Positions 46,007-56,813 of a DNA stretch of 64,000 nt are shown here, piece by piece. The DNA lies in the IMG/VR virus record IMGVR_UViG_3300013383_000017, positions 64,001 to 128,000 of that record. The stretch is one strand, 5' to 3'. The number at the start of each line of letters is the position of its first letter. Positions within the stretch are counted from its first letter, which is position 1. Both the position numbers and the translations under genes were made by a program. Under the pieces are notes generated by a model. That model did not search any database. It had not been told where the DNA came from and worked only from the letters and a program-made list of their open reading frames with translations. The DNA is from a virus. Taxonomy: Duplodnaviria; Caudoviricetes.

Positions 46007-48944
46007 TTAATGTATCCAATGATCTCCTATAGCTGCTTCTGCTGGGATAGGTAAAGATTTACAAAATATAGTAGCTGCTTGTTCCATAATAGTTTCAAGA
46101 GTTTTTGGAAATTGTTCTATTTCTTTAGGATATTCACAGCATATTTCATCATGGACTACTGCACATATTTTAACTTTATTAAATAAATTATTATTTATAA
46201 TCCAATTAAATAAATTTATAGTCGCTAGTTTAATTATACAAGAACCAGTACCTTGTGTTACATAGTTTAAAGCATGTCTTTCCCATTCTGAACCTGCTTT
46301 AAAATGTATTTTTACTTCTTGTTCTATTATATCACCAGTTCCCTTATGATTTAATTTATAATCACTCCAACTCCAAGATGATGATCTATATTTATCCTCT
46401 ATTTCTTTCCATTTCTTCCAATCCCACCAATAAGTTTTATGTTTTGTTATAGGATTAATCAATATATAACCATGTTCTTTTACAAATTTAGAACCTTTAT
46501 TTTTAAAAGCTGTAACACCAGTAAAACCTTTATCATAATAGTCAGAAAATTTCTGAGCTTCTTCTAAAGAACAACCTAAAGAACCAGCAATAGCATGTGC
46601 TGAACCTCCAAATTGCTTTGCGCTTTTATTAATTATTAAACTTTTTCTCAATGTCTTTTATTATTTGCTCTTTTGTTTCTATATTTAGATTATTAATCAT
46701 TTCTTCAGTAAACTGAGTTAATGGTTCTGTTCTAAATTTCTGTTCTAATATAAATCTAGCAAAAGTAGCTTCTTCTTTTGTTTTATAACAAGGAGAATGA
46801 TATTGTTTGTTATCTACCCTAAAGTAAGCAGAAAATTTACCATTTTTATGTTCTTCTACACCCTTAATATTTAATTTATTATAAGGATGTCTATTAGAAG
46901 AATTTAAAGAATTATCACAAATTCTTAGGTTACTTTTTCTGTTATCTTTAATATCTAAATTAATATGGTCAACTTGTTGTCCTAGTTTAGCATTAGTGAT
47001 TAACCTATGTAATAATATACTAGTTTCTTTTGTTCTTGCATAGCCATATTTATTAGAAGACCAATGGTATTTACTTACTAATGGGTAATCTTCAGCATCT
47101 ATAATATAAGTTGCATCTTTATAGTAAGATGGTGCTTTATAAGTATCAAATTCTACTGTATCATTACCAATAAATCTAAACTCATTAGTATCAAATTTAT
47201 TTCTTGGATTGGTGTCAAGAAAATAACCATATTTTTCCAGTTGACATTGATGTTTTCTGCAGTATTTAGATGAGTGATTACCATTATGCTTTCTCCCACA
47301 TACTGCACAATAATATTCTTTCATAATTTTAATAATTTAAAATAAAATGGACTATTCCTTTATCATATAATAGTGTTTACTATTACTTAGATAGGCATTA
47401 GTAGTCTCTAGGGTGGTATAATACCGCCACGGTGTTAGGGTTTAATCTTTCGCCGTAATTTGCCTTTTGTTTATAAAAATTTCTTTTTATAGGAGTCCGC
47501 AGTTGAACTCCACTGATTTTACTTTTTTTCTTAAATCTGGTCTTACTTTTTTAATATCTTTTATTTCTACATCTTTTAATTCTTCAGCAAAAACCATTTT
47601 TGCACAAAGAGAATGCATATCACCACTTCCCTCTAAGAATTCTTTTAGCATTGTAGGTTCTTGGTATATATCAGCCCCCAAACGACTTTCTAGAGCACTG
47701 AAATCGCAACTTACAAACTTATTATTTTCTTCTGAAGTAAAAGCTCCTCTTGTAGCATCATCTGCAGGTAATTGTTGCATATTAGGATAAGCACAATTTT
47801 TAGGATTAATCTTTTTTAGTTTTGCTAAATCAATATTTGATTGTCTAGAACCACTAGACATTCTACCAGTAACTGTTCCTAATTGTTTATATATTGTATG
47901 CATTCTATTAGTGTTAGGATTAATAGCATTAAGATGCCCTTGACCAAAAGAAGATACTACTTTAGAATATTCTTTATAACTAAAATATAATTTAAGAAAT
48001 TCATCATTTATACCTTTTTGTGTAGATAATGATTTTTCAAGAACACTGTCTTTATCTTCTCCTGTCTTTTTATCTTGAACTGTTGTATTAAATCCTAATT
48101 TTTTAGCTACTTTTATTACTTGTTCTGGACTATCCCAATTAATAGTACATTTAGGAGATGTATCAAAACCAGTAAATAAATCACCTTGTAGGTTAATATA
48201 TGTAAATTCTTTTAATAATTCACTATTAATAACAAAATTATTTAATAATTCCTGTGCTTCTTTTAATTGAATACTGTCATTATACATTTTTTCTTTCCAT
48301 TTAGTTTGGTCTAAATGTATACCACACCATTCAAGATAAGCTATAGCAGGTACAAAGTTATTTTCTAGTTCTGCAGCTTTTAAAAGCTCTTGATTTTGTA
48401 AATCAATTATTTGACTTTCCATTATTTTCTCTAGATAAGTAACATCTCCAGCTGAATATTGAATTACATTACTATCTAATCCTCTCCATATAATTTCACC
48501 TCTAATTGTTTTATCTATATTAACATGTAATCTTCTATCTGCTATACTTTTTAAAGAATAAGATATTATACCTTGGGGATATCCAAGGTATAATAACTGT
48601 TCTGCTATCATAGTATCATATACTTTAATAGGAATGATACCATAATTATATAAAAATTGTAAATCAAATTTAAGATTTTGCCCTATAATAAGATGCGTTT
48701 CTAGTATTTCTTTATATTCTTTAATATCAATAGTTGTTGTATCTATTACTATTCTAATATCTTTAGCATCATTACCAAACTGGATACATAAAACATCATT
48801 AATATGAGCATCTCTACCATTAGTTTCACTATCATATTGTAATCTACCACATGAATTCAATAATTCTTTTGATTTTTCTACAGATATTATAGTATAATAA
48901 TCAGATTTAAACAGCTCTTGATTATTAGTAACTAAATAAATCAT
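46007..48944 (-). CDS. polA: Family A DNA polymerase with 3'-5' exonuclease, spliced: exon 1 48944-47506 + exon 2 46622-46007 (684 aa)
   Basis: Exo motifs YDSET and NLKFD; TGRMSS; PNMQQLP; motif A DFSALESR; motif B restored by splicing as RKKVKSVEF|AKQFGG; motif C VHDE. Confidence 0.9.
46623..47505 (-). mobile_element. Group I intron in polA (883 nt)
   Basis: Exon ends in U (gagtt) and the intron ends in G (aataaaag). P1 ggagtt/gactcc with U.G; P10 tgcg/cgca; P7 gacta/tagtc; frame restored (TT|C = Phe). Confidence 0.88.
46629..47324 (-). CDS. Intron-encoded HNH-AP2 homing endonuclease with an N-terminal Zn finger
   Basis: CAVC...CRKH; LLHRLI...VDHINLDIKDNRKSNLR; AP2-like KGV...FSAYF...TKEEATFAR. 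Confidence 0.85.
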   Translation of the reverse strand: MKEYYCAVCGRKHNGNHSSKYCRKHQCQLEKYGYFLDTNPRNKFDTNEFRFIGNDTVEFDTYKAPSYYKDATYIIDAEDYPLVSKYHWSSNKYGYARTKETSILLHRLITNAKLGQQVDHINLDIKDNRKSNLRICDNSLNSSNRHPYNKLNIKGVEEHKNGKFSAYFRVDNKQYHSPCYKTKEEATFARFILEQKFRTEPLTQFTEEMINNLNIETKEQIIKDIEKKFNN

Positions 48945-49420
48945 GGTTTATAAATTTTAAAATCATTAAAATCTAAAGTAAATCCAAAGTGTGCTAAAAA
49001 ATCAGTGCCTATTACTCCTACTACTGGATTATTATTTATCTTTATAGTACTTAAAGCATCCTTTATATCTAAAATCCAAAAGTCAAATTCAAAAGATTCT
49101 TTATTAAAAGTAAAAGGTATTTTTGAATATTTAGCTGATAAATTACCTGTTGCAGTAGCAATAGTAGCAGTTGATTTTGTTGTCTTTTTTCCTTTTAATT
49201 CTGTTAATACTTCTGGTGTAATATAAGAAGAATTGGCACCTGTATCTATCAGAAAATAATATTCTTTATTATTATTAATTAACTTTAAATGGGCAACACC
49301 ATCACTACTCTTAAATGTGTCTATAAAAGACTCTGAGTTTCTCCTTTTTTTGAAGAGATCATAAAGCAATACAATGCTTAAGGAAGTAAAAAATATTAAA
49401 CATAATGTTAATGTAACCAT
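48941..49420 (-). CDS. Membrane-anchored retropepsin-like aspartic protease
   Basis: N-terminal TM helix; FLIDTGA and GVIGTDFL. Confidence 0.8.
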   Translation of the reverse strand: MVTLTLCLIFFTSLSIVLLYDLFKKRRNSESFIDTFKSSDGVAHLKLINNNKEYYFLIDTGANSSYITPEVLTELKGKKTTKSTATIATATGNLSAKYSKIPFTFNKESFEFDFWILDIKDALSTIKINNNPVVGVIGTDFLAHFGFTLDFNDFKIYKP

Positions 49421-49425
49421 ATAAA

Positions 49426-49947
49426 TTATTTCTTTCCAGTACTACCAAATCCACCACGATTCTTGCCATTTAAAGAATCTACATATACTATCTTAATACC
49501 ATTAGAGAATAACCATTTAATCTTTTGCCATACAGTTGCTTTTTGTGATAGCATTATTCTAAATTGTGCTATTCTAGTATTATTTTCTATATTTCCATCT
49601 ACCATACATCTAGCAGAGAATTTCCAAATATCATCATTACCACAATAGGAATTATCTATAATACCCATAGAATTTCTAAGTTCTATTCCTAATTTAGGTG
49701 TAGAGCTTCTTGGTAATACCCAAGCTTCATAACCCTTAGGTAGTTCTATTGCAACACCTAAATCTAACATTTTGTTTTCAAATGTTACAATCTTTTTACT
49801 TTTCTTTGTTTCTATTACTTTAGAAGTAATAGTAGGAGCAGTAAGAGTAATGTCTTTTTGCATATATAAATCAATCCAATCTCCTTTAGGATTTATTATA
49901 ATTTTCTTTGCTCCTTCACTTGTTTTTACTTTTATTTTAATTTTCAT
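49426..49947 (-). CDS. dut: Trimeric dUTPase
   Basis: PRSS, GIIDNSYCG, RIAQ and RGGFGSTG. Confidence 0.92.
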   Translation of the reverse strand: MKIKIKVKTSEGAKKIIINPKGDWIDLYMQKDITLTAPTITSKVIETKKSKKIVTFENKMLDLGVAIELPKGYEAWVLPRSSTPKLGIELRNSMGIIDNSYCGNDDIWKFSARCMVDGNIENNTRIAQFRIMLSQKATVWQKIKWLFSNGIKIVYVDSLNGKNRGGFGSTGKK

Positions 49948-50404
49948 ATTTTTTATATAAATAAATTGGTTTAAGTTTATTATTCTCTATTTTAAATAAT
50001 TGTTGATTCGTTGTTTCTTTATCAAGTCCTCCTAGTTCTTTTATATAAGGACCTGTTTTAATATAATCTAATATATCTATAAAAATAGAAGGTATATTGG
50101 GGAGTATTTCCCCAGTATACCATGCTAATTTTATATCTGGATAAGCTTCTTTTAGTTGTATAAATAAATTATAAAGAGAATCTAAATCAGAATTACCACC
50201 CATCATACAGATACAAGTAATTAATTTATTTTTCTTTAATTCTTCAGTAATACATTTTAAAGTTAGCTCTTTTCCTATATCTTTCCATAAGAATTTAGAG
50301 TGACATCCTTTACAGTGTATTTTACAATTAGTTATATTTATAGCTAATGTTATTTCTTCAGGTATCTCTCTAAATACCATGTCCATTGTAAGATACTTAA
50401 GCAT
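49937..50404 (-). CDS. nrdG: Anaerobic RNR activase (radical SAM)
   Basis: CKIHCKGCH (CxxxCxxC), WYTG, YIKTGPY and TNQ. Confidence 0.9.
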   Translation of the reverse strand: MLKYLTMDMVFREIPEEITLAINITNCKIHCKGCHSKFLWKDIGKELTLKCITEELKKNKLITCICMMGGNSDLDSLYNLFIQLKEAYPDIKLAWYTGEILPNIPSIFIDILDYIKTGPYIKELGGLDKETTNQQLFKIENNKLKPIYLYKKYEN

Positions 50405-50582
50405 CTTTATTAGGCATAAGATATAACATTAATACACCAAGTACTTGAAGAAATACACCTGAAAGTATACCTAGTAAAGCATCCTTTTTACTACTGTCAG
50501 TTATTTTTTTCTTCATTGCTACATTCCTACCCCAATATCCAAATAGGGCAGCTATACATAAATAAAATAAACAAAATAACAT
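50397..50582 (-). CDS. Small two-TM membrane protein between nrdD and nrdG
   Basis: Two hydrophobic helices; overlaps the nrdG start. Confidence 0.6.
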   Translation of the reverse strand: MLFCLFYLCIAALFGYWGRNVAMKKKITDSSKKDALLGILSGVFLQVLGVLMLYLMPNKDA

Positions 50583-50601
50583 AATTTATACTATTTAATA
50601 A

Positions 50602-53600
50602 TTATTTACCATGGAATACTCTAGTTTTCCATTCTTCTAATCTACCTTTACTATAACTCTTTATAGGCACTAAGTATCCAATACTTTTATACTCAATGTT
50701 TCCATTTATTTAATAAACATTTACTTATAATATCTTTTTGATCCTGAGTTAAAGAATCTATTACTTGTTATCTTACACTGGTATTTTGATATATTTCCAC
50801 ATTAAATCTTTGCTCCATTATATATCTTGCAAAGATTGCTTCTGCTTCAGTTTTATACCAACTAGAGTAATATCTTTTACCATTTAATTGTAATTCCGCA
50901 TGCCAACATGAAGGGTTTCTTTTTTCATTTTTATATACACCTTTATAAAGAGAGAGACTCTCTCTTTTTCTAGTATTATATAGTTGTTGCTTTCTATTTG
51001 ATATGCGTAAATTAAATTTTCTATTATCAGTAGAATCAATATTAATATGATCAATTTCACCAATAGGATTTCCTAAAACTAATCTGTGAAAATAGATATG
51101 TTGTTTATGTTTTGTAGTGACTAAATAATATGATTTAATATTTTTACCTTTTATAATGCACTGCCATTTATATGCATATATTATAGGCAAATCTTCTTTA
51201 TCAAATTTAAATGTTTTTAGCACATTACCAAATTGATTATAGGTATCTATTTCACAATAATGCTCTAAAACACGGACTTCATTTTTATCAAATACAGTTC
51301 TAGAATTAGAGCACATAATTTTTCCATATTTTTTAACCTATAAGTAATGCTTAAAACACATATTACTATGTGAATTAGTGTGCATTTTTCCACACACTGG
51401 GCATATTTTTTCTTTCATATGTTAATATAAGTAATGTTTGAGAATAGACCATACCATCATCATTTTCAGATGCCTCTTGGTGGTCGTTGAGGGCTTCTAT
51501 TTCTAGCTATCCCTGCTGATTATCCATTGTTGCATTCTTAAAATTTTTACACTTTGGTATTTAAGACTTTAGGAACTTCCAGCATATTCGAGGTTTGCAT
51601 TATATATTTCTATATATGGGGCTATTGTTAACTAACCCTGTCATAAAGAGTTACTTTATCACTATTACATTTAGGGCATCTAGCAAATGGTTTTTTTGCT
51701 ATAAAACCACAATCATCACACTCACAATTTGGAACATTAAATGTAAAATAGTTACAGCCTACTTCTGCTGCAAATTGTAGTATTTTTTCATATTGTTCTT
51801 TATCTAAATGTTCAGATAAATTAATATGGCATGCTGATCCACCATCTAATTGATTGTTAGCAAATTGTGTACTATGTAATATTATTTTATCTGTTATACT
51901 AATTTCTGTATCATTAGGTTTAAATATATAAGAAGCATAAAGATTAGTATCTGTAGGTACCCAATATCCATCTTCTTTATCTCTATTATATAGTTTAATA
52001 GCAGCAGATTCTGCAGGTACTAGTTCTGTATTAAACATAGTATTCTCTGTTTTGTGCTTAGTATTTTCTTCTTTAATAGTAGAGAATATAAAAGAACAAA
52101 ACTCTTTATAGTCTTTATTATTATTACACTGAATTCCAATAAATTCTGCAGCTTGATTTAAACCATTTATACCAATAGTTAAATACTGTTTATCTAAGTT
52201 TATAAAACCTGCTTTATATGCATTAAGAAGATTATTATTATATGCCCAATGTAACATATCATTATAAGCAGTATGATAAAGATATACTCTATTAAGAATA
52301 TTAATAATACTATCTTTTATATTCTTCTTGAGTGTTTCTTTATTTTCATTTACCCATTCTGATGTTGGTTTTTCTCCTTTATTTTTACCAGTAGAGTTTA
52401 AATAACAATCTTGAATTATCCTATTTAAATTTAATGTTATTACATTTTTACTTCCAGTCATTATACCAATCTGACCATTAGTAGTTGTAAACTGATTAGA
52501 TGTAATAGAGTTTCTTAATCTACAATTATGTGTATTTAAACCATTAGCTAAAGTAAAATAAGGCATATTTTGATTACTACATTGAAAGCAATAAATATCT
52601 TTATTATAATCTATTTTTTCAATAGACTCAACCTTCCAATAAGCGGCACAGTCTGTATTTTTTAAATAAAATGTATCTTTAGTTACTATTTCTAGACATT
52701 GAATTGGGGTGTTTTTATAATCTACAAAATCATAACTAACAGTCTGAATACCTAAAGAAACACATAAAGCTTCTACTTTAGTAAACAAATCTTTATTTTT
52801 AGTAGAAAAGAAAGGATGATTATCATCTGTAACAGCAGTAAATAATCCTTCTATAATACCTCTTCTAAACTTTTCTTGTTGATAAAGACATTCTATTTTA
52901 AGAGAGTAGTTATTAACAAGAGTATCACTTGGTTCATACTTAATCCATCTTGAGATAAATTTATATATAGGGTTATCTTTGCATTCTACTATACATCCTC
53001 CCTTTGTTGGTTGTTTATATATAAAATTACCTAAAGTAGATAGAGTTTCTTTATATTTATTCCAAGTAACAACATCAAGATTAAATGCTATTTCTTTATA
53101 AGCACTTTTATCTATTAATAGTGGTTTATCAAAAGTATCTCTTGTTAAACATAATCCTAACAATAAACCAAAAGCATATGATAAATGATTATCTTCTGTT
53201 CCAAGTAATACCTTGTTATTAAACTCCAAATAATCAGTTGTTGTTAAGTCTTTTGTTTCTTTTTCTCCATCTAATGTAAGATTTATATGATTGTCGCTCA
53301 TAATAAATTCTCTATTATTAGCAGTAACAACTTTATACATTTTTCTATTAGGTAATTTAATAACTTTACCTTTTATCCATTCTCCATTATAAAGAGTTTC
53401 AATTTCATCTTTAATATCAAATTCCCATAGTTTCTTAAAAGGTGTTATATTTACTTTATTTTTGTATCTCCATATTATCTTAGTATCACCATTAAAACAA
53501 CAAGAACTAAGACTATCTACACTATTAGAATTATATATAAAGAATGAATTACCTTCAGCTAACTCTTTACATATAAAATCTTTAGTTTGTTTATCTTTAA

Positions 53601-54687
53601 AATCATTATTTTCAGTAAGACAAGCATAACTAACTACTGGGAAAGTAAGCATACATTTTAATCTTTCCTGATTGAACCAGTGGAGAAAATGTTGCTGTAG
53701 CCAATTAAAAGATTCCCAATGAGGTGCTGTTCCATCTGGAAAATAGAAACTACTAAACATACCCTCAAAGAAATACTTATCAAATAAAGAGAAGTTAGTA
53801 AAAGGACACTGAGCACCTCTACTACTTGCTACTTGATTAATAGAATAAACTATTTGTTGAAGGTATTGGTCTATTTGTTGTTCTATTGTTTTCTTATTTT
53901 TTACAATATCAGAAGAGATAAGCTTATCAACATTAAGATAATAATCCTCTCCCCATTCTATTTCACAGAATCTATTAAAATACAATAATACTTCTGGTGT
54001 AGCTACAGCACCTTTAACCTCTGAAGCCAATGCAAATATAAGATTAATATATATACCACAGAATGATTCAAGAGATTTAGGAACAGCTGATTTACCACCT
54101 AAATCTTTTAATCCATTTAATAGAAATGGATACATTGATACTGCCATACAGTATGGCATCATTACTTGTGAAGAAGAATCATGAGCATAAAGAATTGATT
54201 TAAAGTCCTTTTCCATTTGTTTAATATCAAATGTTTCATCAATATTTCTTACCCATTTTTCCCAAATATACATATTAGTAATTTGATTATCTTGCTTATG
54301 TATTTCTGAGTTTAATACTGCAACATTATGATTATTAACATTAGCATTATCATCTATTGTAGCATTAGCAGTATTATTTGAATTTACAAAATTATTTATA
54401 AAATCTAATTTTTGTTTTGCAAATTCTCTATTAGTTTTATGATTATAATTATATATAATGTAAGCCTTTGCTACATCAGCATAATTAAAATGTATAATAG
54501 CTCTAATTACAGCATCTTGAATTTCTTCAGTTGTTTTACATCCTTCTGATAAAAATTCAGCATAAACTAATACATTTTTAGGACACTCAATTCCCATTAC
54601 TGCTATAAATGCAGAATTAAGTGCTTTTTTAATTTTATTAAAGTTATAATCTACTCTATTTCCAAATTTATTTTTTATTTTCCTCAT
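50602..54687 (-). CDS. nrdD: Class III anaerobic ribonucleotide reductase, spliced (exon 1 54687-51635 + exon 2 50683-50602) and intein-containing; 1044-aa precursor, 719 aa mature
   Basis: ATP-cone N-terminus; SSC|CRL finger loop; TIGINGL; VPAES; CECDDC...CPKC Zn site. The glycyl-radical motif is restored by splicing as DRV|IGYL. Confidence 0.9.
50684..51634 (-). mobile_element. Group I intron in nrdD (951 nt)
   Basis: Exon ends in U (agggt) and the intron ends in G (ataaaag). P1 gggt/gccc; P10 caata/tattg; core atgctggaa, atcagcag, tcaacgacca and tatggtcta; frame restored (GT|T = Val). Confidence 0.88.
50693..51418 (-). pseudogene. HNH-AP2 homing endonuclease with two in-frame stops (TAG 51340-51338, TAA 50770-50768)
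   Basis: Collinear with the polA-intron endonuclease from MKEKICPVCG to KWKH*, reading through both stops in one frame. Confidence 0.8.
52525..53499 (-). mobile_element. Intein in NrdD (325 aa) with degenerate LAGLIDADG motifs
   Basis: Starts CFNGDTKI; block B MSDNH; ends IYCFQC...FTLANGLNTHN followed by Cys+1. Eroded endonuclease motifs (GLLLGLCLTRD, GIIEGLFTAVTD). Confidence 0.9.
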
Positions 54688-55720
54688 TTTTTAACCACTC
54701 CTCAATATTATTTGGTTTTGTAGTAAATATTCCTTTAGGAACTGTAGGAGATTGATTTAAATAATAGTGTAAATCAGTTACTATTTCTCTCCAATTTTTA
54801 ATAGTATAATCTCCACATTTAAAAGTAACTTCTGTTTTTGTAAATGGGCATTCCCAAACAAGTGGTACTCTTGTTTTATTATTTATAACAATGAATCTAT
54901 AGTTCTCTAAAGTAAAGTCTTTAAAATAGTCATCTTTTAAGAGATTTTGTCTAATTATGTACCAATATAATTGCGCCTGTATGAAGTAAGACCATTGAAT
55001 GAATGATTTAGGAAAATCATATTCAAAATGTGATGATGTTTTCAAATCACAAGGTGTAATAGTCTTATTTTCATAATCTACAACTATTAAATCAGCCATA
55101 CATCTTAAAGGTATATTGTTATACTCTCCTTTAAATTTTAATTGATAATATCTTTTTATAGGTTCAAAAGGATTATCTTGGGCAAAGTAAAAAGAAGTTG
55201 CTGGGTTGTTTTTTAGTATATCTACACATTCTTTTACTTCATTACTTATAGTATTTGACAATAATTCTTTTCCTTCAGATAAAGATAAAAGATTGTATAA
55301 CTGACTACCTTTTTCTATTATATCTTTAACTCTTGTTTCTGGCTTCCATCTTAATTGGTACTTTAAAATTTCTGTATAGTTAATTAAATCATTTGTAGGT
55401 ATAGAAGAGAGTGAGTCATATTTATCTTTATTTTCATTGTATATTACACTTACTATATTAAATACAGTATCTGATACTTCTGGAAAATCTGCAATAAAGA
55501 ATCTTTCTTTAAATGCTTCTTCTCCATCAGTTAATAATGTATCAACTGCACTTCCAAAAGTTAAAGAGGGTGAAGAAACTTTATCAAATAACTTTGAAAG
55601 CTCTGAAAATCCACCCCTATAAAACTTAGCTAATGTTGAATAACTATAAGCCTTATCTTCTCTATAAGTTGATTCTGGTACTTCCCAACTTATTGTATTT
55701 AATTGCTTTTCAATATTCAT
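54668..55720 (-). CDS. PD-(D/E)xK exonuclease (Exo VIII/Cas4-like fold)
   Basis: SYSTL, FGSAVD, RCMADLI...DLKTS and YFIQAQLY. Confidence 0.75.
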   Translation of the reverse strand: MNIEKQLNTISWEVPESTYREDKAYSYSTLAKFYRGGFSELSKLFDKVSSPSLTFGSAVDTLLTDGEEAFKERFFIADFPEVSDTVFNIVSVIYNENKDKYDSLSSIPTNDLINYTEILKYQLRWKPETRVKDIIEKGSQLYNLLSLSEGKELLSNTISNEVKECVDILKNNPATSFYFAQDNPFEPIKRYYQLKFKGEYNNIPLRCMADLIVVDYENKTITPCDLKTSSHFEYDFPKSFIQWSYFIQAQLYWYIIRQNLLKDDYFKDFTLENYRFIVINNKTRVPLVWECPFTKTEVTFKCGDYTIKNWREIVTDLHYYLNQSPTVPKGIFTTKPNNIEEWLKNEENKK

Positions 55721-55988
55721 CTTCTATTTGTTCTTCAAAATCCCCTATTAATAATAAATAATCAACAATAATACCTGCCAATTCATAGATTTTATCCAAA
55801 TCTAAAGATGCAAATTTATTTATATATTCTTCTGTATTTGTGGTTTTTTCTATCTTTTTTATACAAGAATCTACTAATTCTTTTAGTGAATTAAAATCTC
55901 TTTTGGCTATTAATTTTAATGCTATGTTTTTATCTTTTTCTGGTAGATATTGTACTAACTCATTTATTTTTTTATTTGGTGATTTCAT
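55710..55988 (-). CDS. Hypothetical protein
   Basis: Overlaps both neighbours in operon. Confidence 0.65.
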   Translation of the reverse strand: MKSPNKKINELVQYLPEKDKNIALKLIAKRDFNSLKELVDSCIKKIEKTTNTEEYINKFASLDLDKIYELAGIIVDYLLLIGDFEEQIEDEY

Positions 55989-56385
55989 TTTTAATTAATA
56001 ATAAACTTTTTTCTAAATCTTTTAAAGAATGTGTTTCTATAAATATTATATTTTTATTAATAATGCTATTAAGAAATAATTTTCTTTTATAAGGATATAC
56101 ATCATTATAGAAACCTTTTACTTCTATGTATATATTAATATTATTTATAGTAATTTTAAAATCTGGTGTATATGTCATTTTTAAAATTTTCCTTTTTACT
56201 TTTTCACCATCTTTGTAATAATTATGAGAATAAAAAGATTCAGAAAGGACAAAAGCATCTGGTTCATAAGATGCTTTGTATCCTTCCTTTTTTAAATATT
56301 TATATACAGAACACTCTAAAATACTTTTAAATTTAATATTATCATATGATTTAGATGTTGTATTTATAATCTTTTTGTTCGGCAT
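55972..56385 (-). CDS. PD-(D/E)xK endonuclease (T7 endonuclease I/DUF1064-like, possible resolvase)
   Basis: FKSILE...YEP...YTPDF...IEVKG. Confidence 0.75.
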   Translation of the reverse strand: MPNKKIINTTSKSYDNIKFKSILECSVYKYLKKEGYKASYEPDAFVLSESFYSHNYYKDGEKVKRKILKMTYTPDFKITINNINIYIEVKGFYNDVYPYKRKLFLNSIINKNIIFIETHSLKDLEKSLLLIKNEITK

Positions 56386-56812
56386 GTAAAAGAGGTTTTA
56401 TAATATCTAATACTAAAAGAGCATCTTCATACTTTCTAAAAAATGGTGCTATTTTAGTATCTATATTTTCTGTGGCTACACTACAGATTCTTTCTCTTAC
56501 TATATCTATATAATATAAGATGTCAACATCTTTAATATGCCCTTCAAAACTACAATCTAAAGATTTAGCCATAAACATTATAATTTCTGAAAAGAAAGCA
56601 TCTTTAGCAGCAGAGTAAAGCTTTTTATATTTAGATACTAGGTCATCACCCATAATATCTTTTAGAGAAGTAAAGAAGAAATCTAGTAAATCACTCTTTT
56701 CTAATACACCTGTTTTACATAGTGCTTCAAGTGTTTCTTCTGATACATTTTTGAGATTTATATTATCTCCTACTTTTACTTTTGTGTTTGTTTGTTTGTT
56801 AATGTAATACAT
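56351..56812 (-). CDS. Hypothetical protein
   Basis: ORF in operon. Confidence 0.65.
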   Translation of the reverse strand: MYYINKQTNTKVKVGDNINLKNVSEETLEALCKTGVLEKSDLLDFFFTSLKDIMGDDLVSKYKKLYSAAKDAFFSEIIMFMAKSLDCSFEGHIKDVDILYYIDIVRERICSVATENIDTKIAPFFRKYEDALLVLDIIKPLLHAEQKDYKYNI

Positions 56813-56813
56813 A

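Noticed and set aside
46007-46651. Split or frameshifted polA, or a separate second polymerase subunit
   Set aside because: Explained by a group I intron with exact frame restoration.
54668-55720. Cas4-like nuclease as evidence of a CRISPR system
   Set aside because: No repeat-spacer array or other cas genes were seen; such nucleases are common phage recombination enzymes.
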